Source of the DNA: Heterodontus francisci
Taxonomy: Eukaryota
Length of the DNA: 64,000 nucleotides
Direction of reading: 5' to 3'
NCBI RefSeq assembly: GCF_036365525.1
Contig: NC_090388.1
Span: forward strand, 65,466,258 to 65,530,257
In this document: positions 49,685-62,474 of the stretch, one piece after another
Layout: each line of letters begins with the position of its first letter
How positions within the stretch are numbered: position 1 is the first letter of the stretch
Made by a program: the position numbers and the translations under genes
The notes under the pieces: generated by a model
Told to the model about the DNA's origin: nothing
The model's database searches: none
Seen by the model: the letters and a program-made list of their open reading frames with translations, nothing else

Positions 49685-51420
49685 ATGGTGCAACAAGAGG
49701 GAGAGCAGACTCCGCAGTTCTCCAACGCAGCACTGGAGGCCTACAGTAGGTGGACGGGAGAGGAGAGGTCCTCTATCCACAGAGGACCAGGATGCCCTTC
49801 AGGCAGACACTGTGAAGGCAGTGAGAGCTGATAACTGTCACGGTCAATGTCCCAAGGACCTGGATGTAGTGCCGCAAGAAGTTAAATAAGCTCACACAAG
49901 TGGTCAAGGTCAGTGAATGCATCTTCAAATCCCATATCTCACCAACTGCACTATTAACCCCACATTCTGCTCATGCACCACACCCCATCACTCACCTACC
50001 AATAATCTCATTAATCATGACTCATCCCTCACATTCATAGCTTCACCTCACCCTCACACACTTAACACTGTTGCAAGCCTCACTCTTACATCTTACAGCT
50101 TGCACACACTGCCAGCTATTCAAGCATGACAGCCATATCATCCAAACACATTACACCACACTCACTGACACACTTCTTTCCCTCTTGCAGGACAAGGTGT
50201 CACATAACCGGAGGAAGGAGGGGCTAACTGACAGGGAACAGACGCGCCTGCATGTCCTCACTGTCATTGGAGCAGCCAACACTGAGGACATGACCAGCAG
50301 TGGGACTGAAAGCATCGAAGCTGATGGTCTGTTCATACCTAATCCTCCTCCTCACATCTCACTTCCCCCTCACCCCACAATGTCTTCTACGCAAGCTGCA
50401 GATGGCGTAAGTATGCACCTCTTGGTTTTCTTCCCCTCCCCACACTGCAACCCTACCCTTGTGCTTTTCTCTTTTCAGATACCTAAGAACTGCCATCTGG
50501 CCAGGCAGTGGTGGAACAGCAGGAAGACAGTGATGAAGATGAAACTCCACCATTCGCTCTTGACACACGCAGCCAGCAGTACAGATACTGACACTTTAGA
50601 GGCTAGTTTAGAGGCGGGATCTGCACATCATGAGACACCAGGCACAAGTGGCTTGCAACCAGGGCAGGGGCAAGGATAGCATAGGTGCCAGCTTGATAGA
50701 GGGAGAGGTCACACACAAGTTCTATTCAAGAGGACTCAGATAATGAATTTGATGGGGCGGCCTATGGAAAAAGGCTGATGGGTATGCAAACAGAAATGCT
50801 TGGTGCATTGGCAGGCCTGCCAGAAAGCCTGTGATCACTGTCAAGGAGCATGGAGGGGTCCAGCACCAACCATTTCCATTGCAGCGCAAGCAGTAGCCAG
50901 CCAATGTCTGAGTGCTGTAGTGAAAGCTCAGACTGCTGTCATGCAATGTCAGCCTCCTGCCACGGACGCTAAGAATGCTGCCATTGTGGTCGCAGATACC
51001 AGTCTTCAAAGGGGCTTGCAGGGTCTCACAGCGGTCCAACAATCTGTTCTCCAACACATTGCTAGGATTGCTAAGGTGCTGCCTAGGGGGAGTGACAGTG
51101 GCTCCGTGAAACATGACCCTGCTATCCTCTCTCAGGATGATAGCATTCGTCCTCCCACTACTGTCACTTCACCAGTGCTCTTGCTGTTGCTCATCAGCCA
51201 GCCAACTCAGACTGCTGCTGCCCATGCCAAGGTGGTCCAGTCCGAAGCTTGGCCTTCTGGGGCTGGAGTTGCATGTAGCCATTCTGCAAAACCATCTGCA
51301 GTCTCCCCCACTGAAAGTCAGCAGCCTTCCACCAGCCACTGGAGTAGCACAGTGTAGGAACACTAGGACAGGCAAAGGCACACACAAGACAGGCACTAAG
51401 GTATTGATCAAGGGTGATTA
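49685..51420 (+). pseudogene. Harbinger Myb/SANT-like DNA-binding protein gene (spliced, disrupted)
   Basis: PQFSNAALEA...EVLYP...PRTWM*CRKKLNKLTQVVK|gtcagt (donor 49908). Acceptors at 50190 and 50478. Stops and frameshifts present. Confidence 0.7.
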
Positions 51421-51693
51421 GTTGACTTTTGTATAGAATATTAGATGGTTTTATTGATTTAGTTGGTTTGGAATGTTTGTTTTGTGGTGACTTTTATTTC
51501 AGCATTGTGGCCAAGAAGACTCTGTGATATACAGTAACAGAGGGAAGGGAAGGTGGGGGACTGTTGCTGAATGGGAAATTGGGCTTGGTTGCATTCACTG
51601 GTACTGCAGTCAGATACGCCAACCACCAACAGCCTGGCAGAAAAGGGATGTAGTGGTTGCCTCCTCGCTTCCTCCAACTCCGCCTCTTCCTCC

Positions 51694-52599
51694 TCAGCTG
51701 TTTGCCCTATAGCTGGTGGCAAGGGCTGTTGCCCACAGGATTAGGAGGTTGTGCAGGATGCAGCAGATCACAGTGAGTTGTGACACATAATCTAGCGAGT
51801 ACTGCCGGGCTCCTCCAGAGTGGTCCAGGCAGCGGAAGCATTGCTTAAGCACCCCAGTGGTCTGCTCGCTATTTCGTGTGGCAGCATGGCTCACATTATA
51901 CGCATACTGTCCATGTGTGAGTGGGTTGCACACTGGACTCATGAGCCAGGTGGTCAGTGGATAGCCCTTGTCACTCAGTAGGCATCTTCTGGTTTCTGTT
52001 GGTGGCTCAAATGCTGTTGGTACAGAAGACTGGTGCAGAATAAAGGCATCATGACTGCTGCCAGGATAGGGGGCATTGACCTGCCTGTTCTGAGTATGAT
52101 CACACACCAGCTGGACAGTGAGGGAGTGGATCCCTTTGACATTGCGGTACATCCCTGAATTTATGTATGGTGTTCGCAAAGCGGCATATGCAGTCAGTGG
52201 CACCCTGCACCATGGGAAAGTACACTATCCTGACAAAGTTGTGTGTTCACTCCATTACTTCTATCTGGAAAGAGAGAATGCCAATGTATTACTCTCTCTT
52301 TGTGTATAAAACATCAATGACAGTGGATGGCAAACTGTGAGCTGTTGGAGATGTCGCCTGCTGCAGCCTGGAAGGATGCCAGTGCTAAGAAGCTCAAGGC
52401 CACAGTCACCTTTACAGCCCCTGGCAGTGCTGTCCTCGCCCTGCTCCGAGGCTGAATGGCTGCCTTCAACAGGTGGCTTAGTGAAATGGAGATGTCGCAC
52501 GCACTGTTCCTCGCTGAGGTTGAGATAGGAGAATTCCTCCCTGAGGACCTTGGGTGGATATGGCCTCCTACTGAGAGCCCTTCTCCACCGCCTCCTCAT
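51694..52599 (-). pseudogene. Harbinger (HARBI1-like) DDE transposase, disrupted
   Basis: NVKGIHSLTVQLVCD, YPGSSHDAFIL, SDKGYPL, GVLKQCFRCLD and CCILHN. The N-terminal LSEEQCVRHLHF lies in a separate ORF. Confidence 0.9.
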
Positions 52600-55160
52600 C
52601 CTCCTCCAAACTCTATTACTAACTCAACAACAGCAAGTAGAAGTCAATCAGCAACTAACCTGAAAGTAGTTAATGATGACATTAAATATCACTTCTGGGG
52701 AGTCATTCCGACTGCAGAATGCATGTTCAGCTGTGTGAGATTAAGAGAGGGCATTATCCAGAGCATTGAGGTCGAAATTGGCACCGCAAGAGTCAAATCA
52801 GCATCACATGCTGACTGATGTCACGGTCTACCTACTCTGAATACTTCTGGTGCATGCTCCCAGTGCCCACACTAACAACTTCACCAAAATGATGTCCAGC
52901 ACAGCCAGCATCAGAAATGTATGCATGCAGCAGAGATGCATTTTAATCCAAAATGGCACCCATAAAGCTGAAAATATGTGTGCTACGCAATTGAATTTTG
53001 CAGTCAAAGAACATACCAGAAATTGAGAGGAAGGGTCTGATGAAAGTGAGGAACTTAATGTAATATTAGTAAAAGCAAAAGGTACTGGAGAAATTAATGG
53101 TGCTAAAAGCCAACAAATCCCTGGACCTGATGGTCTTCACCCTAGCATTTTAGAACAGGTGTTGGAGAGATAGTGATTGTTTTGGTTTTGGTCTTCCAAA
53201 TTGCCTAGATTCTAGAATGGTCCCTATGGATTGGAGAGTAGCAAATATAACTCTGCTGTTCAAGGAGGGAGAGAGAAAACTGGAAACTATAGGCCAGTTA
53301 GCCTGACATCAGTAGTAAGGAGAATGCTAAAATATATTATCTATCAAGGACATGGTAACAGAGCACTAGGAAAATCATGATATGATTAGGTAGTGTCAAC
53401 AGGTTTTATGAAAGGGAAATGGTGTTTGACATATCTAATAGAGTTTTTTGAGGGTGCAACTAGCAAGGTAGGTAAGGGGGAAACAGTGGACATAGTATAT
53501 TAAAATTTTCAGAAGGCATTTGTTAAGGTGCCACAGGAAAGGTTGTTACAGAGATAAGGGATCATGGCATTGTTGGTAATTTATTAGCATGGGTTGAGGA
53601 TTGGTTACCGGATAGAAACAGAAAGTAGGAATAAACTATCTTTTTTAGGATGGCAAGGAATAGCTTTTGAAGTACCACAAGGATCAGTGCTTGGGTCTCA
53701 GCTGTTGAAAAGCTATATCAGTGTCTTAGATGAGGGGATCGAATGTAATGTATCCAAGTTTGCTGATGATTCAAAGCTAGATAGGAAAGTAAGCTGTGAG
53801 GAGGAAGAAAATAGGCTGCAAAGGGTTAAGGGCAGGTTAAATCTTTGGACAAGAAGGTGGCAGATGGAGTATAATCACAGAATCATAGAATCGTTACCGT
53901 GCAGAAAGAGGCCATTTGGCCCATTGTGTCCGTACTGGCTCCCCGAAAGAGCAATTCCCTCAGTTCCATTCCCCTGTCTTCTCCCCATAACCCTGCACAT
54001 TCTTCCTTTTCATATAATTGTCTAATTCCTTTTGAACGCTTCAATTGAACCTGCCTCCACCACGTTCTCAGGCAGCGCATTCCAGACTTTAACCACTCAC
54101 TGCTTGAAAAGGTTTTTCCTCAAATGTGGGGATGTGTGAAATTATCCACTCTGACGGCAGGAATAGAAAAGTAGGATATCTTTTAAAAGGTAAGAGACTG
54201 GTAAATGTTGGGATTCAGAGGGATTTGGGATCCTTGTACACGAATCACAGAAAGTTAACACACAGGTACAGCAAGCAAGAATAGAAAAGCAAATGGTATG
54301 CTAGCCTTTATTGCAATGGGATTTTCGTATCAGAGTAAGGAAGTCTTGCTGCAATTATCTATGGCTTTGATGAGAACACACCTGGAGTACTGTGGACAGT
54401 TTTAGTCTCCTTACTTAAGGAAGGATGTACTTGCCTTAGAAGGAGGGTGCAATGAATGAATGTTCACTAGATTAATTCACGAATGGGCTGTCCTATGAGG
54501 ACAGACTGAATAGAATGGCCTGTTTTCTTTGGAGTTCAGAAGAATGTGAGGTGATCTCATTGAAATGTATAAAATTCTTCAAGGGCTTGACAGGGTGGAT
54601 ACTGAGAGGCTGTTCTCCCCAACTGTAGCGTCTCTAACTAGGGGTCATAATCTCAGGATGAGGCATTGGCCATTTAGAACTAAGATGAAGAGAAATTTCT
54701 TCACTCAGAGGGTTGTGAATCCTTGAAGTTCTCTATTCCTGAGGGCTGTGGCTGCTCAGCCGATGAGTATATTCAAGACTGTGATCTCTAGGATTTGGGG
54801 CATGAGGAAATTGAGGAAAATGAAGATAAGATGGGAAAGTGGAACTGATGTAGAAATTCAGCCATGATCTTATTGAAAGGGGCTATATGGACTATTAATG
54901 CTCCTCTTTCTTATGTTCTTCCTCCTCCAAATAATAGTGGAATTCCAACTGGAATTTGGATGTCCAAAATTTAGATTGTAGCAATGATAAATCTGCCTGG
55001 CAAAGCCCTGAGTTAGAACACCCTATGACAACCAAACTGCAGAAAACAAACATTGAAAATTCAGTTGTCACAAACTAATGTATGTTCTAAGTATGCCCCT
55101 TTAAACAAACACTTGCTCTCTTCAGGAGATGCCTGATCCTGACTACACATGTGCTAATTT

Positions 55161-55470
55161 CATAGAGTCAAAGAGAGATACAGGACTGAAAGAGGCCCTT
55201 CAGCCCATTGAGTCTGTGCCAACCATCAACCACCCATTTATACTAATCCTACATTCCCTACCACCTACCTACACTAGGGGCAATTTACAATGGCCAATTT
55301 ACCTATCAACCTGCAAGTCTTTGGCTGTGGGAGGAAACCAGAGCACCTGGTGGAAACCCACACGGTCACAGGGAGAACTTGCAACCTCTGCACAGGCAGT
55401 ACCCAGAACTGAACCTGGGTTGCTGGAGCTGTGAGGCTGCGGTGCTAACCACTGCGCCACTGTGCTGCCC
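55161..55470 (-). mobile_element. V-SINE (HE1-like)
   Basis: Reverse-complement similarity to 14434-14768. Confidence 0.88.
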
Positions 55471-55529
55471 TATTTTCAATATGATTTGTATTATTTTTTT
55501 CATATTGATGTTATGTTGTTGCCTGTTTT

Positions 55530-56260
55530 TGAAGAAAGTACCATAACCTGGACTGAAGCCATTGTCTTCGTCTGCGTGACACACCTTTTTCCCTTGCTGT
55601 CAGTTTCATCCCCCTCCACTCTCTCAGGCTGAGCCAAACTGTTTGCAACCTCGGCATTCTGAGCTGAGCTTCCTACCCATATCCTCTCCATCTCAAAGAC
55701 TTCTACCTCCATAGCATCACCTGCCTCCACCTCTGCATCAGCTTATCTGCTGCTGAAACCTCATCTATGCTTTTGTTACCTCCAGATTTGGCTATTCCAA
55801 TGCTCTCCTGGCCGGCCTCCATCTTGCACCCTTCATAAACTTGAGCTCATCAACAATCCTGCTGCCCATATCCTAACCTGCACCAAGTTCTGCTCACTGA
55901 ACTACCTCTGCTCCCAATGCCTCAATTTTAAGATTATCTTCCTTGTATTCAAATCCCTCCATGGCCTTGTCCCTCCCTGTCTCTGTAATCTCCTCCAGCC
56001 CTACAATCCTCCAAGAACACAGCATTCCTCTAATTCTGGCCTCTTATGCATCTCCTATTCTCTTTGTCCCAACCATTGGTGGCCATGTCTTCAGCTGTTT
56101 GGGCCCTAAGCTCTGGAAGTCCATCCATAAACCTCCTGGTCTCTCTACCTCTCTCTCCACCTTTAAGACACACCTGAAAATTTACCTCTTTGACCAAACG
56201 TTTAGTCACCTGTCCTAATATCTGTTTCTTTGGCTCAGTGGCAATTTTTGTCTGATTTAT
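55530..56260 (+). mobile_element. L2 LINE 3' fragment
   Basis: AFVTSRFGYSNALLAG-like reading, IGGHVFSCLGPKLWKS and FKTHLKIYLFDQTF. Confidence 0.75.
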
Positions 56261-56308
56261 GTGCTAACATGTTCTTGATGTGATCCTGTTCTTTGATTTT
56301 GTTTGCAG

Positions 56309-56462
56309 TTCTGCGAGTTCATCACTGTTTCCTGGCTGAGTCACTTAGTCGGAAAGGTCGTACGTGTGCTGATAGATTATGTGGATTACGTTTCCTTCTG
56401 TGTGAAATTAAAACCTGTTCTTGAGAAGCAAAAGGAGTGGCCTGAGATCTGTGACATCATGG
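56309..56462 (+). CDS. ASB15: ASB15 coding exon 8
   Basis: ttgcag|[51 protein letters not shown]+G|gtaaat, 154 nt. Confidence 0.96.
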
Positions 56463-56909
56463 GTAAATCTGCCTTCATTCTCTTTCCTCGCTAGGAAACT
56501 GCAGTACCTCGATGTTGAAAACCAGAAGAAACACAATATGCGAAAGAACACAAACGGGTTACTGTTCTGAGTGAGGCATTCTTCAGACCTGATTTTATTT
56601 TAGGAAAGATCCCCACCTGAAAGTAATTTACCATATCTCTTTTGAAAGCTGTCTGAGTTACTCTGTTTTCCTGCATTATCTGGTTTGAATTTATGCTTTA
56701 AGTATTTGTACTTCCCCCTTTTTATTTAAGACTCTATTGCTCAGATTTGCTGTATTGCAGTACTATTAAACCTTTGACAACTTTGGAGTTTTTTTTACTG
56801 TAAGAATAAAGAGTAGACCAAGGCCACAGGCTTTAATCTGAGTTTAGCAAGAGAAAATAAGCCCTGTTTTACTGGTCTGTATAGTTCCTTGATCCTGCTT
56901 CATACTACA

Positions 56910-57455
56910 CAAGCATTAGGTTGGACCATACCTGGAGTTCTGTGTGAACAGTTCTGGACACCACACCTTAGGAAGGACATATTGGCCTTGGAGGGAGTGC
57001 AGCGTAGATTTACCAGAATGATACCTGAACTCCAAGAGTTAGCATACTAGGACAGAATACGCAAACAATGGTTGTATTCACTGGAATTTAGAAGGTTAAA
57101 GGATGATTTTGAAATGTTAAAGGGAACAGAGAGATAAATAGACAGAAACTATTTCCGATGGTGGGGGAATCTAGGACGAGGGTGTACAATCTTCAAAAAT
57201 AGAGGTAGACTTTTCAGGAGTGAAATTAAGAAGCACTTCTACGCACAAAGGGTGGTAGAAGTTTGGAACTCTCTTCTGCAAATGGCAATTGACGCTAGAT
57301 CAATTATTAATTTTAAATCTGAGGTTGATAGATTTTTGTAAACCAAAGGTATCAAGGGATATGGGCAAAGGTGGGTATATGGAGTTAGGTTGCAGATCAG
57401 ATCATTGAGTGGCAGAACAGGCTTGAGGGGCTAAATGGCCTGCTCCTGTTTCTCC
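56910..57455 (+). mobile_element. CR1 3' fragment
   Basis: CCATACCTGGAG..CAGTTCTGGACACCACACC, then 3' UTR GAGGGGCTAAATGGCCTGCTCCTGTT. Confidence 0.85.
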
Positions 57456-57457
57456 TG

Positions 57458-59232
57458 CTAGCTAGAAATATGAAAAAAAATAGTAAGAGTTTCGATAGAC
57501 ATTTAAAAAAGAAAAGTTAACAAAGTGAGTGTTGGTCCTATAGAAAGTGAGTCTGGGGAATTAATAATAGAAAATAAGGAGATGGCAGATGAATGCAACA
57601 GGTATTTTGCATCGGTCTTCACTATAGAGGATTCAAGTAACATCCCAGAAATAGCTGTAAATCAGGAAATGGAAGAGTGGGAAGAACTGAAGAAAATAAC
57701 AATCACCAGGGAAGTGGTACTTAGCAAATTGTTGTAGCTGCAAGCTGACAAGTCCCCAGGTCCTGATGGACTTCATCCTAGGGGTTTAAATGAAGTGGCT
57801 AGTGAGATAGTTGATGTGTTGGTTTCAATTTTCCAAAATTCCCTAGATTCGGGGAAGGTTCCATTAGATTGGAAAGTAGCGAATGTAACTCCTTTTATTC
57901 AAAAAGGGAGGGAGACAGAAAGCAGGAAACTGCAGGCCAGTTAGCTTAATGTCTGCCTTAAGGAAAATGTTAGAAGCTATTATGAAAGATGTTATAGCAG
58001 GGCACTTCAAAAAATTCAAGGTAATCAGGCAGAGTCAATATGGTTTTGTGAAAGGGAAATCATGTTTAACCAATTTATTGGAGTTCTTTGAAGAAATAAC
58101 ATGTGCTGTGGATAAAGGGGAACCGGTAGATGTACTGTACTTAGATTTCCAGAAGGCATTTGATAAGGTACCCCATCAAAGGTTATTGCGGAAAATAAAA
58201 GCTCATGGTGTAGGGGGTAATATATTGGCATGGATAGAAGATTGACTAGCAAACAGGAAACAGAGTAGGCATAAATGGGTAATTTTCTGGTTGGCAAGAT
58301 GTAACAAGTGGTGTGCCACAGGAATCAGTGCTAGGACCTCAACTTTTTACAATTTATATAAATGACTTGGATAAAGGGACCAAAGGTATGGTTGCTAAAT
58401 TTGCTGATGATACAAAGGTAGGTAGGAAAGTAAGCTGTGAAGAGGACATAAGGAGGTTACAATGGGTTATGGATAGGTTAAGTGAGTGGTCAAAGATCTG
58501 GCAAATGGAGTATAATGTGGGAAAGTGGGAAATTGTCCACTTTGGCAGGAAGAATAAAAAAGAAGCATATTATCTAAATAGCGAGAGATTGCAGAGCTTG
58601 AGATGCAGAGGGATCTGGGTGTCGTAGTGCATGAATCGCAAAAGGTTGCTATGCAGGTTCAGCAAGTAATTAGGAAAACTAATAGAATGTTATTGCTTAT
58701 TGCGAAGGGAATTAAATACAAAAGTAGAGAGGTTATGCTTCAGTTTTACAGGGCATTGGTGAGACCACATCTGGAGTACTGTGTACAGTATTGGTCTCCT
58801 TATATGGGAAGGATGTAAATGTGTTGGAAGCAGTTAAGGGAAAGTTTACTAGACTAATACCTGGAATGAGCGGATTGTCTTATGACAAAAGGTTGGACAG
58901 GCTAGGTTGGTATCCCCTGGAGTTGAAACATATAAGATCCTGAGGGGTCTTGACAGGGTGGATGTGGAAAGGATGTTTCCTCTTGTGGGAGAATCTAGAA
59001 CTAGGGGTCACCCTTTAAAAATAAGGGTCGCCTATTTAAGACAGAGATGAGGAAAAATGTTTTCTCTCAGAGGGTCGTGAGACTTTGGAACTCTCTTCCT
59101 CAAAAGGCGGTGGAAGCAAAGTCTTTGAATACTTTTAAGTCAGAGGTAGATAGACTCTTGATAAGCAAGGGGATGAAAGGTTATCAGGGGTAGGTGGGAA
59201 TGTGGAGTTGAGGTTATAATCAGATCAGCTAT
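57458..59232 (+). mobile_element. CR1 LINE RT fragment
   Basis: YFASVFT, GFVKGKSCLTNLLEFFE, LDFQKAFDKVPH, KFADDTK and HLEYCVQYWSP. Confidence 0.92.
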
Positions 59233-59411
59233 GCAAAGAACGTTGTTCTACTTTACAATGCAATGCTGCAAAATAGCTAGCTCAGATTCTGGTTGGTGTT
59301 TTTGAAGCCTCAGTGACACTTTTTCTCCATTAAGTATTCAAACTAATGGAGGTCTGGTTAAAGTCCACTCATTGGAAAAATAAATTGAAAATAACTTTGA
59401 TTTTCTTGCAG

Positions 59412-59587
59412 AAAACCCTCGTCGTTTGAAGCACTTGTGCCGACTGAAAATACGTAAACACGTGGGGCAAAGACGACTGCAAAACCTTGCTTGTTTAGCA
59501 TTGCTTCCTCTCCCTCCAGTACTGGTAGACTACATCTTGTTTAAGGAATATGACCTATATGGAAGAGGTCTTGACTCACAGTATTAG
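59412..59587 (+). CDS. ASB15: ASB15 coding exon 9 (SOCS box, stop)
   Basis: ttgcag|ENPRRLKHLCRLKIRKHVGQRRLQNLACLALLPLPPVLVDYILFKEYDLYGRGLDSQY* (TAG at 59585-59587). Confidence 0.96.
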
Positions 59588-59729
59588 TAATATGAGCTGT
59601 AATCATTTGTGTGTTGATGTTGCTATTGTACAGTGCTGAGGTTCATATTCATTGGTAAATTTAGGAAAACATTTGTCATAAAACCAATGGTGTACCAACA
59701 GCAGTAATGTATGAATGATCATCTTGCCG

Positions 59730-59735
59730 AATAAA
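59730..59735 (+). terminator. Candidate polyadenylation signal of ASB15
   Basis: First AATAAA after the stop codon. Others lie further downstream. Confidence 0.4.
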
Positions 59736-61869
59736 GTAGCACAGTGCATCAAATTGCACCTCCACAGCTTTAAGTGTTGGAGGACTTGTGGTTGAACTAC
59801 TTTGCAATTACAGTATTTGGAAATCGCACAAGATTAAAAATACAGGGCTTTCCAAATGCAAAATTGACCACACCAAAAGCTTTTTTTAAATAGTAACTCA
59901 TGCCTGTCCAACAGAAAATAAACTACACCAGATTTTTGCATCACTAAATGTTGACCAGATATCATGGCTTAAACTTGAAGTTGCATAAAAACATTACTCT
60001 ATCGTACACAATCCCATTCAGTTGGCGAAAGGTTTTGGTACATGTTTTTTATTTTGTTACAATTTTTAAAAGTTAACTTTGTGTGCGACAACTCAAGTAC
60101 AGAAATGGTATCTTCTAGAGTAACTGGCCCCTCCATTCCTATTCCACTTCCTGTTTTCTCCCTTTTTTTGCAGAAGGCAGTACAACTAGCACTGTAATGC
60201 GATTCTGTAGGTATCTGTTGCTGTTTGATACCTTGTCTAAGTGTGTGAGCTCTGCTAGGGACTATCAGCAGAGGATACAGAGGGCATCTTCACCAGATAT
60301 CTACACAAAATAACTTTTTACGCCAGGATAATGTCAAAAGTCAAAGTGATGAGGGTCAGTTTGCATTCACATGAAACTGGCTAACGAGTGACATGGAGTG
60401 TGAAATGCAACCTGGGTCTGCAAGACGCCAATGTCACTCTATGCTGGTATAGATGTGGGAGTGATACCAACAGTGCTGACTGCACTTCAGGAGTACTTCA
60501 TTGACTGCAAGGTGCTTTAGGATGTCCTGTGGTCATGAAAGGCACTATATAAATGTGTCTTTTTTAATCGTAGAAATAACAAGGCCTTAATATCAGTTTC
60601 TGATATTGATGAATTGGGTGTCAATAAATTTCCCAAGCTTGAAAGCATTTTCCTACTGGTTGATGTAGAAAAACAAGGTTGGACCCTTTTCTTGCCAAGA
60701 ATAGCTGAGCCTCAACCAATGTTCAGATAAAAATTCAAGCTGGTAGAGAAGCCAAGTGCTCAACCAGTGCTGTCACTGGGATGCCATGTGGTAACTTTAT
60801 CTTGTGGTTCATTTAGTTCCTTCATTCAACAGGTCCTCTAATAGCAGTATGGTCCCAACAAATCACTCTTCACTTTGCCATTTGTGTCATGCTGAGATAC
60901 TAATAGTCTACAGGAACAATTAGTCTTTTTTTATATACTAGACATCCACACTGTTTGATGAAAATGTTTAGAAAGACAAGACTTGGCCTTTTAAACACTG
61001 CAGACATTTTTTTTCTTAAAAGTTATTTTAATTTATTCAAAGAATAGCATAAGTTACAATCTTGGTCCATAATTTTGTATAATTTTCTCATTATTACTGA
61101 TTCTAGACAAGTAGTATATGTAGAAAATCTCTTGAAAATAAATCATTTATTTTGTGCTAAAAGACCTTTATTTTTTTATTTCTGAATTTTTGCAAGTCAC
61201 TAATTGTTTTTCTAGATTGTTAGTTCTAACAGCAATTGAGCTGATGTGTTGATTTGCCTGTGTTACTGTGCCCATTTCCCTACGAAAACAGGAAATTTAA
61301 ATCAATAACAAACTTGCTAGCTCCCTTTATGCCTGGATCAGGATTTCTACAGATTGGAAGTAAAAGCAGGTTACAAGTAAGCCCATTAAAAAATTCTCTA
61401 GCAAATCTATCTAAATATAACAGAAGATAATCAATTAAGTATTTTCCCTAAAAGTGCCTTGACTTTGAAAGAATGCTGTGCCTTTCAGGTGAAATTTGAG
61501 GGTGTATTGCTGACATTGAGCAGTAAAGAACAAATACTGTTTTTGGGGGCGGGGAAGTGCATTGTAGCGCATAATTTCTTGCACTCAGTGAATATCATTG
61601 TGCCACCATGCATGAACAATACAATCGCAGTCTCAAAGTGGGATCTGTGTTCGATATAATTGTTGTTTTAAGAAATATATCTTATTGTTCAGGTGTTTTC
61701 CTGACACTGCTAAGTTCACAATTTTGAAACCAGGGTTCTATGCGAATTAGCCTATCCTATTATACATTTGGCACAGTATCAGAATGAGTGAATTTCCTCT
61801 GGATTTCTCTCACTCCACTCCCGTAACTGATGGAAATTTGGCAGAAATGCCATTCTTCTGTGTATGAGC

Positions 61870-61929
61870 ATATATGTTCATATATATACATATACACACA
61901 CACTATATATATATATATATATATATATA
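61870..61929. repeat. (TA)n/(CA)n microsatellite
   Basis: Direct reading of the sequence. Confidence 0.9.
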
Positions 61930-62139
61930 GCTTCCTTTTGCATTTGGATAGTTCTGAAGGTATTCCAACTTTCTTCTGTGTTGGTTATGTCCCTGTTTAG
62001 TAGCACTGTCCAATCTACTTGTTCAACATATACCCCATCTTTGCAAATCTAGCCCTCTTTTAGTCTGGTACTAGCATTAAATTTTCAACAGCTTTGGTTG
62101 AATCCAATAATATTGTTCTCACTGTTACCCAAATGTTCG

Positions 62140-62474
62140 TTTATTTATTTAGAGATACAGCACTGAAACAGGCCCTTCGGCCCACCAAGTCTGTGCTGAC
62201 CATCAACCACCCATTTATACTAATCCTACATTAATCCCATATTCCCTACCATATCCCCACCTTCCGTCAATTCCCCTACCATCTATTAGGGGCAATTTAT
62301 AATGGCCAATTTACCTATCAACCTGCAAGTCTTTGGCTGTGGGAGGAAACTGGAGTACCCGGCGAAAACCCACACGGTCACAGGGAGAACTTGCAAACTC
62401 CGCACAGGCAGTCCCCAGAATCGAACCCGGGTCGCTGGAGCTGTGAGGCTGCGGTGCTAACCACTGTGCCGCCC
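62140..62474 (-). mobile_element. V-SINE (HE1-like), full length
   Basis: Close reverse complement of 14434-14768, including the (TAAA)n tail. Confidence 0.92.

Larger units (their letters stand above)
49375..53005. mobile_element. PIF/Harbinger DNA transposon, decayed autonomous-type copy (~3.6 kb)
   Basis: Imperfect TIRs AGCCACAAAATTCGAT / ATTGAATTTTGCAGTC, AAA flanks, convergent Myb-like and DDE genes. Confidence 0.85.
48835..54920 (+). mobile_element. Old CR1 LINE split by a Harbinger transposon (49375-53005) and a minus-strand CR1 3' piece (~53876-54122)
   Basis: CR1 reading LNK..VEATK / NIPEI across the Harbinger. Also GPDG, DFQKAF-like, VPQGSVLG, SKFADD and a 3' UTR. Confidence 0.8.
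28430..59587 (+). other. ASB15: ASB15 gene span (ankyrin repeat and SOCS box protein 15), 9 coding exons, 580 aa
   Basis: Nine exons total 1743 nt with consistent phases. The N-terminus (DHLTQYAIQLSIEESIEA), [34 protein letters not shown] and the C-terminal SOCS box match ASB15 better than ASB14. The gene lies next to NDUFA5, as in other vertebrates. Confidence 0.93.

Noticed and set aside
51694-52599. Host HARBI1 gene
   Set aside because: Frameshifted, bounded by TIRs, paired with a Myb-like gene and inserted in a CR1.
28430-59587. ASB14 instead of ASB15
   Set aside because: The N-terminal and ankyrin motifs and the adjacency to NDUFA5 favour ASB15.
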